A stretch of DNA of 64,000 nt from Diplonema japonicum (GCA_964019335.1 OZ025670.1:124001-188000), one strand, 5' to 3'; counted from the first letter of the stretch, positions 1-11,987 are shown. The notes: a model not told the origin generated them from the sequence alone. Program-made: numbers and translations.

Positions 1-544
1 TTTTTTTTTTAAAGAAAGAAAAAAAAAGGGGGGAAAGAAAAACAAAAGGAGAAGATTACCTTTATTTTTTTTTTCTTTTCTATTTTTTTTTATATTTTTT
101 TCCGAAAGCGAACTTTGTTTTATTTCCAGACAAAAAAAATGGGGGACCCCTCCGTTAAGACCACTTTGAACGAAAGAAAAAAAAAAAGGAAAGAAGAAAG
201 AAAAAAATGACACACACACACACACACACACACCCTACCCTCAAAAGAAAAGACTGCACCCTTCCTGCTTCTTCCTTATATTTTTTTTTTTTTTATCTTT
301 ATATTATTTTTTCCATTGAAAATACCTTTTGTTGCTATATTTTTTTAATATTTCCCCCTCTCCCTTTCCCGCCCCCATTTACCTTCTTCTCTTCGCTTAT
401 AAAACAAAAAAAAAATTAAAAAAAGCCGAAAACCGGAACGACAAAGAAAAGAAGTATACTAACGGAAGGTTTTAGATCCATATATAGGTGAGGATTACTT
501 GTCCCCTGCACCCCCAACTTTTTTTTTTTTATTTTATTTTTTTA

Positions 545-1645
545 CCGGATTTGTACTTATATTGTTATGCGAAAAGTCCCAAATTGGGCAAAAAATTCGA
601 AAAAGGTACATAATATTTACAGAACACCATTAAAACAGAACATAAAAATTACAAAAATAAAAAAAATCCCAGAAAATATCCCTAAAAATAAAAAATCCCA
701 AGACAAAAACAAAATACCCCCCAGCCGGGGAGGGGGGGTGGTATTACCGCAATTCTAGTTCACTATTGCCCAGTCCTGCACGTAGCACACCACATAGTCG
801 CAGGACAGGCAGACCCTCCCGCGGGTGCTCATGTCATGCTCACCAGAGCATTCCGTGCACTACCACACTGGTCTCCTTTCTAACCTGCTTGAGGGTTGCG
901 CTGCAGTTGGGGCAGGGCACCCTCGTCACGTTGTTCGTTCGCTGGCTTGGGGTCACTTGGCTTGGTGCCGCTGCTTGGCTTGGGGCTGAGGCTTCTTGGT
1001 CAGGCATTTCTTCTTCTTCTGCTTCTTCGTCAGAAGAAGGCGCATCAGAAATGGCCTCTATGTCGAGCTGCTGAACATCTCAGTGATCTCAATGTCCGGG
1101 TCTTCGGGTGCTGGTTCCGGTCGACTGACAGTCCCAATGGCTCCAATGGATCAATCTCCATCGGGTCAACTCCTGCATCTGCACCCAGCTTCTCGAACCA
1201 GCTCGACCTCGGAAGGCGGGGGCGGAGGGCCAGGCGAGGGCGCAGGAACGTCCTCAGTGGGCGGGGTCACGGATGCAAACCCGGGTGGGAGATCGTTAAA
1301 AAGGTAAGCGAACCCTGCCCGGATTGTTAGCTTGCGGTAAGCCTCGACACCCCAGGCAAGAACAAAAGGACGCATAATCTTTGTCCTTTTGTCAACCTCT
1401 AGCATTGCTGATTTTGCAATCTGTGAAGGTGTCGGGGCAGCAGGGGAGTCCACGGGGTTGGCAACAGAAGCAACGGGACCGGCAACAGAAACCACAGGAC
1501 CGGCAACAGAAACCACAGGACCGGCAACAGAAACCACAGGACCGGCAACAGAAACCACAGGACCGGCAACAGAAACCACAGGACCATACAGTACACTAAA
1601 TCCCCAGACCATTATTAAAACTGAACAATATAAATACAAATCCGG
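545..1645 (-). mobile_element. Non-autonomous pogo/Tc2-like DNA transposon (deletion derivative)
   Basis: 25-bp inverted repeat ttaccggatttgtacttatattgtt (542-566) vs aacaatataaatacaaatccggtaa (1624-1648), 1 mismatch. TA flanks both ends (TA|CCGG...CCGG|TA). The minus-strand peptide PFVLAWGVEAYRKLTIRAGFAYL resembles the W..AW...I...F C-terminal motif of DDE_1 transposases. Confidence 0.65.
1460..1585. repeat. 21-bp minisatellite ggcaacagaaaccacaggacc (5 perfect + 1 degenerate copy)
   Basis: Directly visible tandem array; it explains the repetitive ORFs in several frames here. Confidence 0.95.
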
Positions 1646-3608
1646 TAATATTTTTTATTTTTATTTTTATTTTTTTTTTGGTTTCTAAAAGAAAAAGCCG
1701 GATCCCTTCCAGTCAAGAGCAGGACTACCTGAAGAAAATGAAAAAAAAAAAAAAAAAGAAGAAAAGCAGGCCAGAACAAGGCAAAAAGAAAAATCGAAAG
1801 AAATTGAAAGAATCGAATATTTATAAAATTTTCACCCCCCACCTTTTTTTTTCTGCCCCTTCTCCTGATGCGCATTGCATATCTTTGTTGGAAGACTTGA
1901 TAATGCCCAGGATACTGGAAACAAAAAAAAAAAGAAAAAAAAAAAGAACAGGCGAGAGGAATGAGTTACAGCTCTGCCCGGTAATAACCTTTATACACAG
2001 GTGATATTAGGGCGCTTTTTTTTCTCTTTTTTTTTCTTTGCGAATCATTAAAAAATGCAAGAAAAAGAATTTACTTGGCTGACTCAATATTATTGTTTTT
2101 TTTTCTTCTCTTCCTTTTTATTTCAGAAAAAAAAAAGTTTCCCTCCTCCACCGCCTCCCCCACTTCTCTCTCTTTTTTTTTTCTTTTTTTTCTTTTGCTC
2201 TAGCAAAAATGCAAGAAAAAAAAAGTTTTATGATGAGATAATCCATTGAGTGGGGATCCCTCCCTTTCCATATTTTTTTTTCTTCTTTTTTTTTTTTTCT
2301 TTTTCGAATGCATTGTTTCTTTTTTGTTTTTTGTCTTTTTTTGTATTGTCGCAATTTAGCGCAAATCAGTTTTGATATTCCTATAAAAAAAAAAAAAAAA
2401 AAAAAATCACACCCAGTTTTTTGTAGTGACCTAAAGACAGCGCGTCAGTTTCCTTTTTGTTCTTCCTGCCTCATTTCTGTCAGCAGCCTCCGGGCGCCAA
2501 CTTTCGAAAGAAAGCTCATTCTCTTCCTCCCATTTTTTTTTTTTTTAAATCAATATTATCAATGATGAAAGAAAAACCTTAAAGAGAGAGAACAAGGGTT
2601 GTCGCCATTTGCAAAGGTGAAGAGACCCTTATATTCTTACAACAAACACCCAATTTATGCTATTTTCTACAAAAGAAAAAGAAGGGGGAAGAAAAAAGGG
2701 GGGGAAAAAAAAGTAAGCTTTCTTTTTTTTTTTATTTGCATCATCATGCACCAGAGACCAAAAAAAAAAAAAAAAAACATTTCAAATCGCTTCGTCCTTA
2801 GCTGGTGCGATAAAAAGAATGCAAATTTGCAAATAAAAAACAAAACAAAAAAAAAATTGCTTTTTCTTTTTTTTTTCTTTTCTTTTTTTTATTTACCCCC
2901 CCTTTTTTTTCTCTTTTTTTTTAGTTCTCTCTCTTCTCGTGCCCCCCTTATTGTCGTGTGTGAGGCGAACGAGCTAGAACAGGGGAAAAAAAAAAAGAGA
3001 AAAAAGAAATTATAGAATATTGCTGTCTTGCTAACTGCTCCTTCAAAATAATGAAGGAAAAAGACAAAAAAAAAAAAAGAACGAATATTGAAAAAAAAGT
3101 TGCCATATGTGTTACAAAGGATTACAACAATCAAAAAAAAAAGGCATTTTTTTTATTTTATTTTATTTTTCTCGTAGTGCCTCCTTGTCCATTGCCTTTT
3201 TTTTAAAACAATTTTTTTTTTTATTTATTTTTATTCATTCCCTTTTTAAATTATCTTCTATACTTGGTAGTATTTCCTTCTGGGTTTACTGTAGTCACTC
3301 CTCCAATATGGGGGCTAAGAAAAAAGAAAAAAGAAAAAAGCAAATAAGATCAGTGGAGACTGCTACGGCGCTAGGGATCTTTTTAGAGCTTTCATAACAG
3401 CAAATTTGGGAGGGGGGAGGGGGGGGGTAAAAAAATAGGGTCAAGGAAAGGAGGATTGAAGAAGAAAAAAAAGAGGGTACACGAAAACTCCTTTTTTTTT
3501 TTTTTCCCTCTCTTTCCCCCCTACAACCCCCCTGCTTCCCAGAACACCAGACTCTTTCCCGGTGGTTTAACCTCCTTGAATAAGTTTTTATCCCTAACGA
3601 AACAGTTT

Positions 3609-3640
<32 letters not shown>

Positions 3641-4148
3641 TTCAAACAGTTGAAAAGTCCTCAAAAAAAAAAAAGCCGAAAAAAAAGAATACGGGAAAAG
3701 GTGGTGTGAGAGAGAGAAAATTCCCCAAAAACTGAAACATCAGTAAAAAAAAAGAAAAAAAAAAAAAAAAAAAACAAAAAAAAAAATCGCACGTTCCTTT
3801 AAGGGGGGTTTAAAAAATGAAAGTTTTCAAAAAAAAAAGAAAAACTGCCGTCCCCCACCTTCCTTTCCCGACCTTTTTTTTTTTTGCACCCCCATCCCCC
3901 TTCACAAGAAGATTATACATTAGGGGAAAAAAAAAGCTATTATTCACATCGATGAACTTTTTGTCACTTTCCTTGGGGAAAAAAAAGAAAAAAAAAGGAA
4001 TGAAAAAAATCACGAGATTTCTTTTTTTTTTTTTTCATTTTTTTACTCTACTCGAGTGACACAAGTTCATTTGGATGTGGATAAAGGTGGTTTTATTTTC
4101 TTGCTCTCCTCAATTTTACTTCGTTCTGTCCCTGATAGGAAAAACCAA

Positions 4149-4181
<33 letters not shown>

Positions 4182-5539
4182 GGAAAGGTCACATTTTACC
4201 CGAAAGCGCTCGGAAAGCGGTCAAAATTTGAAAAGAATCATCCGGCTGAGATCTGTACTGGGCTAGCGTTTTGCGCGCTTCTCGCCCCGTAAGCGGGCGG
4301 CCAATCCCATATATATCGAATGGAGTAAAATTGAGAGGAGTGTCGCTGTTATATTTCACACTTCTTAAATGCAGTAAAAGGAATTGTGCTGGGGACAAAA
4401 AAGAAAGTCCTAAAGCTTCTTTTTTTTTTTTTTTTTTTTTTTTTTTTCTTTCCATAAGATCATATCTTAAAGATACCGTGTACATTTACTGTTACTTTAA
4501 GCTTTTTGCTGAATTTCCTTTTTATTCTCTTTTTTTTTTTTTTTTTTAAATGTCTCTTTTTTTTTTGTTTTCATATTATTCATTTTATTTTTTCCCCTCG
4601 GGTTTTCACCCCTCTCCCCCCCCCCCATTATTTCGAAAAAAAAGAAACAAAGAACTGCACAACAACACGGAAAACCTGGAAGTACTGGGGATCAAAGGAT
4701 GATACCGAGTATTACGGAAAATATTTATTAAAAAAAAGAAATGGAGGAGAGAAAGGGGAAAAGAAAAAAAAGAAAAGAAAAAAAAAACCCCCTCCCTTCG
4801 TTATTATTTTTTTTTTGTATTTTCCCTTACTTAATTTCCCTCCCCTGTTGTAGATTCCAGCCTTTCGTGCCTCCTAGCTAGAAGCCCTTTGTTTTTTTTT
4901 TTCTTTTCTTTTTTTTTTTTCTTCCAGACCATGTTTTTCTTTTTTTTTTTCTTGTGAAAAACGAAAAATGAAACGTGAGGAGAGGAAACCCTGTCTCTCC
5001 CCCTTCCCCTTGCAACGTGCTGTTTCCTTTGGGAAATGCAAGAGAAAATTTGTCTTTTTAAAGAGTTCCTTGTTTCGCTTATCTTTGAAAGAAGCACGTT
5101 CACCCTCCTTACTATCTTACCTTTTTTGTTTTTTGTTTTATTTTTTTCCCCTTTCCTTCCGTCCCACTCCTTCCTTTCTTCATTTTTTTTCTGCGTCTTT
5201 ACTTTTCTTTTTCCTTCATATTATGGCTGGGATGGATTCTGACGCCCTCCATAAGTGATAACCTTTCCTCTGTCTCCATTATATTTTTTTTTCCATTTTT
5301 CCATCCTTTCCTCGATTCCCCCCCTTTCTTTCTCAACTTATAATTGCCATAATACTTCATTACAACAATTATATGCCTTCCCATCCCCCTCCTCGGGTTG
5401 TGTCTAGCTCTCACACAACTGTACTTTCGCCAATGCCGGTCGGCTAAGTGAAGGTTGCGGACACCCGTCTGCAAGTTAGTATTTAGCCTTTTATATTTGT
5501 AACTCCTTTTGCATGCTTTGAATGTCACCCTAGGTTGGG

Positions 5540-8443
5540 ATGGGTGCCCCATATATGGATGAAGACCTGTACCTCCCTATCGAGGAAGAGCAGCTGCGCC
5601 AGAAGCTCGATGCTGCCCTGCAGAGCGTGCGGACGGTGCTGCACCAGAACCGTGCCCCACAGTTCGCTGGGGACGTGCACCACCAGTACGAGGACAAGTT
5701 CCTGCTGGCAGAGTTTGTAACGCGGGCAGCGTGCGGCGCGGTGCTGAACTCCCTCGAGGTGTTGGGGCTGGACGGGGCGGGGCTGCGGCAGATGAAGGAG
5801 TGGAGCAGAACGAAGGCCGTGACGCTGGAGTTGCGACGAGAGGAGCAGTGCACGTTTGTCAGGAAGACATCGCGGGAGGAGGAGTCGAAGACGAAGCAGG
5901 TGACAAAGATTGCAGGGGTGAAGATGGAGAACAAAACGGTGACGACGATCGTGGAGTGGTTCTGGGACGTGGAGGTGAGCTGGGAGCTGTGCGCCTACAG
6001 TGGGACAGAGAAGGAGAAACGTGTGACGCTGGTGCGGAGGGAGGGGGCTGTGACGCAAGTGAAGACGCTGTCGGAGACGGCGCCGCACCCGAAGGTGGCG
6101 GTGAAGGATAGCATCGCATGTGAGGCGACGTGGCTACTGCAATGCCTGGACGAGGAGCTGAGGGTGGCGTTCAAGGTGAACAGGAATGGAGAGGGCTGTC
6201 ACACCCCAAGAAGGAACAAGGAAGTGGAGAGAGCGGTGGGCTGCCTGGAGCAGATGATGTTGTGGTGCAGCTCTGTCGCAAGCTACTTCGAGCACCACAT
6301 CTTCCCGATACAGCAGAAGCACAACCTGGACCTCCCTTCTCTGCGGCAGGTGGAGGGGATCTTCGTCCCCGTGGTCCCCCTCTTGGAGGCGGTAGAGAAG
6401 AATGAGAAGGCGAAGGAGCAGCGGCTGCTAGAGGTACAGAAGGATGGAGGAGAGGAAAAGGAAGGTCAAGGACAAGCACAAGGCAAACACCTGACGGTGG
6501 TCGCTGCAACAAATGAGGAGGAGCAGAGTAAGTGCGCCCTCTCCTTGGGAGACCTGGAAGCATTCTTGGGGGAGGAGAGGAGGGGGCTGGCGGAAAAGAA
6601 GGACCTGCTCGCGAAAACCTTCCCTGTGGGGAGGAGCGGGAAGCAGGGGCTGATCACAACGGTGGAGGGCCTGCTGGTGGTGGTGGTGGGACACCTGCGG
6701 GAAATCGGGGAGCGGTACCTGCTGGGGGTGGGGTACATCGAGGGGCTGCTGAGGAAGCAGCTGGTGGGGGCGATCGGGAAGGAGGTAGGGTCCGAGGACT
6801 TCGGGGCGTACATGCGGTTCCACAACAGGAAGCTGTTCCAGGAGGAGGTGGGGCCGCGCGGGTTCTGCTACTCCGTGAGGCGGGGGAAGCACAGCCCCGA
6901 AGGGGTGGTCAGCATCGAGGCGAAGAAGGGGATGGATTCGGAGCCTGTGGTGACGGTGGTGCGGCGACTGCAGAAGGTAGCGGGAGAGGGGACGATGCGG
7001 TTTGCACTAAACGCGGCAACGACAGTGTCGCTGGGCGGGGAAAGGTACGTGCACGCATACATCGGGCACAAGTTCTCGACGGAGGCGATGCCAGAGCTGG
7101 AGCTGGTGGCGAGGGCACGGCAGTTCAGCGGCTACATCCTGCTGTTGGGGAGGATCGGGGGCAGGGATTTGTTCCTCCCGCAGCACGCGATGCTGGTGCA
7201 GAACATGGACGACCTGAAGATCCCCCTCAAGCTGGACGAGATCCCCACCCCGCAGGAGTTCCAAGATGCGATCGAGTCCCTGTCCCCCGAGCAGCAGCGC
7301 TTTGCGCAGGCCTACCGCTCCATGCAGCTGGAAGCGACATTGTTCGCCGTGTGCGTCGTGCAAATCAAGCCACAGCTGGAGAGGGTCCTGAACCTTCCCC
7401 CCGACAGCCTCACCAAGGAAATCAAGCTCACCCAGGACCTTCTCCAACTCTTCATCGACTATGAGATTTCCAGCGACCTCCTGGCCTTCAAAGCCGACCC
7501 CATGAAGGACGAGGATACCATACCGGGCACAAGGAAGCTGCACGAAGTTAAAGAACATGTCGCCGCCTTGCAACAGATGCTGAAGCAGGCTAAAGAAAGG
7601 GAACTAGCAGAGCAAAGACTGGTTAATGAGAAGAAAAGGCTGGAAGCTTGCAGCGTGGTGTTGGGGCCTTCAGACGTGAGCATGACAGTCGACACACCAC
7701 GCGCACCAATACGGCGGCCATCCCCGAAGCCACCAGAACACGAGACGTGCTTCGGCTTTTTTGCATTGGTATCCATGTGCTGTTGTTCCACAACGTGCTG
7801 CGGGTCAGTGTCAGACAAGCCGGTCATGAACAAAGAAGCCATGCGCCTTCCCGTCCCCGTCCCCGTTAAAACATGTTCAATTTTAAGATGTCTTAAGAGA
7901 ACCCCGACCACACACCACAAACCTGAGTCAGTGAAGAAGGCACTTCAGGGCAACAAAAAGACGCAGCACCACGACCCTGAGAGTGAAGGGTACGACATCA
8001 GCAGCATCCCACATGAACTGGAGGCAAGGTACAAGGAGTATGATGAGGACAACTGCCTGCGGCCCACTATCGTGGGTGTGGGAGGGACATGGAAGAAGAC
8101 GTTCCAGAAGAACCTGCTGACGAAGCCTGAGGAAGCGACGCTGGGTGCGGAGGAGCAACGGAAGGAGAGGAACAAGGCATTCGACGTGCTGGACGCTTTG
8201 ACGCGGTCGGGTGCCTTGGGAGTCGAGGAGGCGGACCTGCACGTCGTTGTAGCAGCAACGCACTGCTTCGACTTGACGCTGATGGACACTGTGGTGCAGA
8301 GGAGCGTCAACCCCGTTGAGAAGGTCGAGCGGTCCACCCTCATCGTCGCCAGCACGGTGCACCAGTCACACCCCACCACCCTCGTCAAACAAGACCAGCT
8401 GCAGCGGCTCACCACCTACTCCACTAAACTCATGGAACACTAA
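5540..8443 (+). CDS. Hypothetical protein, 967 aa
   Basis: Long GC3-rich ORF with globular, protein-like sequence (e.g. ARARQFSGYILLLG, EQQRFAQAYRSMQLE); no function recognised. Confidence 0.85.
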   Translation: MGAPYMDEDLYLPIEEEQLRQKLDAALQSVRTVLHQNRAPQFAGDVHHQYEDKFLLAEFVTRAACGAVLNSLEVLGLDGAGLRQMKEWSRTKAVTLELRREEQCTFVRKTSREEESKTKQVTKIAGVKMENKTVTTIVEWFWDVEVSWELCAYSGTEKEKRVTLVRREGAVTQVKTLSETAPHPKVAVKDSIACEATWLLQCLDEELRVAFKVNRNGEGCHTPRRNKEVERAVGCLEQMMLWCSSVASYFEHHIFPIQQKHNLDLPSLRQVEGIFVPVVPLLEAVEKNEKAKEQRLLEVQKDGGEEKEGQGQAQGKHLTVVAATNEEEQSKCALSLGDLEAFLGEERRGLAEKKDLLAKTFPVGRSGKQGLITTVEGLLVVVVGHLREIGERYLLGVGYIEGLLRKQLVGAIGKEVGSEDFGAYMRFHNRKLFQEEVGPRGFCYSVRRGKHSPEGVVSIEAKKGMDSEPVVTVVRRLQKVAGEGTMRFALNAATTVSLGGERYVHAYIGHKFSTEAMPELELVARARQFSGYILLLGRIGGRDLFLPQHAMLVQNMDDLKIPLKLDEIPTPQEFQDAIESLSPEQQRFAQAYRSMQLEATLFAVCVVQIKPQLERVLNLPPDSLTKEIKLTQDLLQLFIDYEISSDLLAFKADPMKDEDTIPGTRKLHEVKEHVAALQQMLKQAKERELAEQRLVNEKKRLEACSVVLGPSDVSMTVDTPRAPIRRPSPKPPEHETCFGFFALVSMCCCSTTCCGSVSDKPVMNKEAMRLPVPVPVKTCSILRCLKRTPTTHHKPESVKKALQGNKKTQHHDPESEGYDISSIPHELEARYKEYDEDNCLRPTIVGVGGTWKKTFQKNLLTKPEEATLGAEEQRKERNKAFDVLDALTRSGALGVEEADLHVVVAATHCFDLTLMDTVVQRSVNPVEKVERSTLIVASTVHQSHPTTLVKQDQLQRLTTYSTKLMEH

Positions 8444-8886
8444 TAACGATACCAACGAGAACAGAGCCATCTCTCTATCCGTCCCTTGCGCGACTTGGCT
8501 CCCTTCAAGAAACAAAGAAGAAGAAAAATAGAGGAAATTGAACCCTTGCGTGACTTGGCTTCCTTCTCATGGGTACCAGAGGACAGAGGAAGAACGGTTT
8601 ATGCAGAAGATGCTAAAATGACAATATTTCTAGACAGCCTACGCCCCTAGCTCTCGCTTCCCCTATCCTTTCGGCGGTAGTGTTTTCTTTTATTATTATT
8701 ATTTGGATGTTTCTCGGTTTCTCATAAGAAAGTGACTTCACCACCTTGTGCACCGCTTCAAATTGCCGATGCCACATGCAAAACCCTGTAAGGGACATCG
8801 AATTCATTCTTTCTTTTCTTTTTTTTCCTTTTTACACATATATTATTTCTCGTTGTTGCAGCAAATATATAGTTCCCCAGACCAGC

Positions 8887-9240
8887 ATGGAGGGAGTGTC
8901 AATGCACCTAAGTGAAAGTGATGCGAAGGTGGCAGCGAGGCAGCTTGTGGAAGGGCTACGGAGGAGGACGCAGGAGGCTGAAGAGAAACTTGAAAGTGCA
9001 TTTTTGGAAAACGAAGAGTTGGTGAAACTGCTTCTACAAATTGAGTCGGGATCAACACCTTCATTACAGCAGTTCCAAAAGCTTTACCGTGAGAATGTCA
9101 GTTTAAAAAAATCGTTGCAGCAAGAAGATGCCAAGATGAAGAGTGTTGCTCAGAATTGCGCCAGAAAGCTAGCCGACGCCGCTGAAAGGTTGCAAGCTAA
9201 GGAACGTGAGCTCCAAGCACTCCGGGCACAAATGAGGTAA
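8887..9240 (+). CDS. Small coiled-coil protein (may continue through an intron at the ...gag|gtaat end)
   Basis: Heptad-rich ORF from the ATG at 8887, preceded by a cag acceptor. Confidence 0.5.
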   Translation: MEGVSMHLSESDAKVAARQLVEGLRRRTQEAEEKLESAFLENEELVKLLLQIESGSTPSLQQFQKLYRENVSLKKSLQQEDAKMKSVAQNCARKLADAAERLQAKERELQALRAQMR

Positions 9241-9842
9241 TCCTTTTGCGTTCTCACTTATATTCTTCTCCCTCCCCTCCCTCCCTGGTTTGTTTGCTCA
9301 GAATAATATTGAAGGGAACATAAAAGGGGTGAGATAGCTCCCTGTTGTTTGTCCCGTCTCCCCCCCCCTTTCTTTTTTCTTTTAGAGTTCAGTTACTTAT
9401 GATTTTTTTTTTTTTACTTGCACCTTGTTAAATGTAACCTCTTTTATCCTTTCCTGCCCCCTTCCCCCTATTTTTTTTATAATTAACAGAGACACTTGTT
9501 ATTGAGGTATCAAAGAAAAAAAGGGGGGGGGGGAGGGGGGGAGAGAGAGAGAGAATATTGGAAACGCAGTGAGGTACATTTTTTTTTTCTTTCTTTTAAA
9601 CCCCCGCCTTCTTTCGTCTCCTCTCGTAAGCCGCGTTTTTTTTTTTTTTTTTTTTTTTTTTTGAGAAGCGTGAAAACTAATAATATTATTTCAGGCGTCC
9701 TGCCACATACCGCAGGTACCCTTAAATGTCTCTTTTTTTTATCTACTTTTCCCATCTTGCATGTTCCTTTTCCCGTTTACTCATTCCTGAGGAAGAAGGG
9801 AGTCAGTGCAGGAGCAGTTTAAAAAAAAAAAAAGAAAAAAAA

Positions 9843-10610
9843 TAACTATTTATTTAGTGAAAATAAGATCGTATGATTTTCACGCGTGGTGGCAGTGGTT
9901 TAACGAGTGGGTATATGACTTCACGAGCGAAGCGAGTGCAGTCATGAATGTCTACTTCACGAGCGAAGCGAGTGAAGTAACATCAACGAGTTAAACATGC
10001 CACCACAAGTGAAAATCGGATCTATTTTCACTAAATCCGTTGTTTTATTTAACGTCAGTCAGATTTGAAAGGGTGGGGCATTACAGGTTACAAGTTACAA
10101 GTTACAAGTTACAAGTTACAAGTTACAAATCTTATTGGGGGTGCTTATGGTTGATATTGATTGTCAAGGCATATCCTGTGTGGTGCGGGCTGTGCGTCCA
10201 TGGGTGCTGACAGGACCTCGGTCTGGACCTGTGGGGCTGCTGCCTGGGTTGCTGAGGTTGCCCCACTAGCAGCTGTCACCGCTGCTGCTTGCCAAGCCCT
10301 TCTGTTGAGGGAGGCGACCAGATCCTTGAGTGACGTAAAAAGTGAGTTTCCAAAACAAGGGGCCTGTGTGGTAACCACTTAGGTGATTCCTTTTCCGTGT
10401 TTTCGCCCCCGGCCCCTTGCTGTGCAGTGAAAATAGGGCTAGCGTGAATATAAAGTACTTTATATTCACTCATAAAGTAATTTTCATTTCTGCCCCTGTT
10501 TTCTTCCTAAAACAAGCCTGAAATCTGCAATGAAAATAAAGTGAAGCGTGAAATAATGTGAAATATTATATTCACTCCCACCCTTGAAAATCTGACTGGA
10601 GTTATATAAA
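9843..10610. mobile_element. Candidate non-autonomous element with Y-shaped hairpin and inverted repeats (Crypton-like)
   Basis: 185-nt fold-back at 9852-10036 with two GCGAAGC-capped arms; second IR pair at about 10044-10078 and 10577-10610; 26-bp perfect palindrome at 10444-10469; lacks the homopolymers of the flanks. Confidence 0.5.
10087..10128. repeat. (GTTACAA)6 heptamer tandem repeat
   Basis: Six perfect copies followed by atcttatt (AATAAGAT on the minus strand). Confidence 0.95.
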
Positions 10611-10848
10611 GAAAAGAAAAAAAAAGAGGTTTTTTACGCCAAACCGTGTTCTGAAATATATTTCTCACAGGAAAGATTTCGGCACTACCGTATTTTTAAA
10701 GAATTAAAAAGTTCGTTGACAACAAACGATAAAGAAAGTAATTTATTAAGCTGTTTCGTCTGTTTATCTTGAACTTGCTCAAACGTTGGCTGAGAAATTC
10801 TTTCCCTCAGGGTTTTTCCCACTACACTCACAGAAAGGTGTCTGGAGT

Positions 10849-10882
<34 letters not shown>

Positions 10883-11956
10883 GGATTTCTTTTGTAAACC
10901 TTTTTCCTCGGGGAAAAAAAAAAAATACAAGTTGTAAGAAAAATCCGGAAGGAGTTCATTGCAGCCCTTTAGGGCGTAAAAAGAACTTAAGGGAGAAGAT
11001 AATATCAAAGAAGGGGAGGGGGGGAAAAAGCACCCCCCCCCCCCCCCTCCTCCCTCTCCACACACCCCTGTTGCCCCCTCACCAAGGAAGAAACAAATTC
11101 CTAGTATAAGAGGAGCGGGTCCAGCGGGATAAGAGTTGCGGGAGGGGGGTACGGGTGCAGATGGATAGATAGAAAAAAAAAGGGGGGGAGAGGGGGGGGG
11201 GGGGGGGGACAAATGTACACTTCAACCGGGAAAAAGAAAGAAAGAAACAAAATATCAAAAAAAAAAAATGACTACACAACCTTTTAATACTCGCGGGAGT
11301 ACCTATCGACGTTTAAAAAAAAAAAAATAATAATAAAAAAATAACTAGCTATTGCGATCTTCGTCCACCGTTTGTTTCGTGGGCTGAGATTATTTCCTCT
11401 CCTTTTTTCTTTTTTTTCTGGGGGTCGTGGAGGTTTGGGAAGGGGGTGAGCCGCGACTCTGCCCGTGGAGGAGGAAGGTACGGAGACGCGCTCTGCCTAC
11501 GGGTAATGACAGTGCCCTCAACTGGATCCAAGCACGAGTAATGACAATGCCTAGCTGGGTTAGTGCAATCAACTTTACCTCCCTTCCTATTTTCTTCCCC
11601 ATCATCCACGGAGCAGCGCTGCCGAATGCTAAGCAACCCGCTCTTAAGCCCGCCGACTCCCACGTGGAGCATCCAGGACCCATGCATACTTGTTTACCTA
11701 TGGTGGAAGAACGCTGTCTTTTTTGCTATTCGTCGAACGGGGCAAGGGGGGGGGGGGGGGGGGGATTAAGATAGAAGGGAAAATTTTAAGAGAAGTCCCG
11801 TTCTTTGATGTTCTCTAAAATTCTCTTCGCCGTGTACTCTAGAGAAATATGAAACGGGGGGGAAAAAAAAGAGAAAAAAATCACCTATTCATCCTTGTTT
11901 TTTTTTTTTTTTTTTTCTTCCTTCTCTCACCATACCGCTTTGGAGAAAAAAAAAAG

Positions 11957-11987
<31 letters not shown>

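Noticed and set aside
207-5258. Many poly-K/poly-F ORFs here and in other intergenic regions
   Set aside because: Translations of homopolymer tracts with no protein-like content.
8483-8566. 24-nt direct repeat cccttgcg(c/t)gacttggct(c/t)ccttc after the 967-aa gene
   Set aside because: Two copies only; most simply a local duplication with no supportable function.
10087-10128. Telomeric repeat
   Set aside because: Internal, only six copies, and unlike the TTAGGG expected for Euglenozoa.
10686-10710. TA-CCGTATT possible Tc2-type transposon end
   Set aside because: No matching opposite end found.
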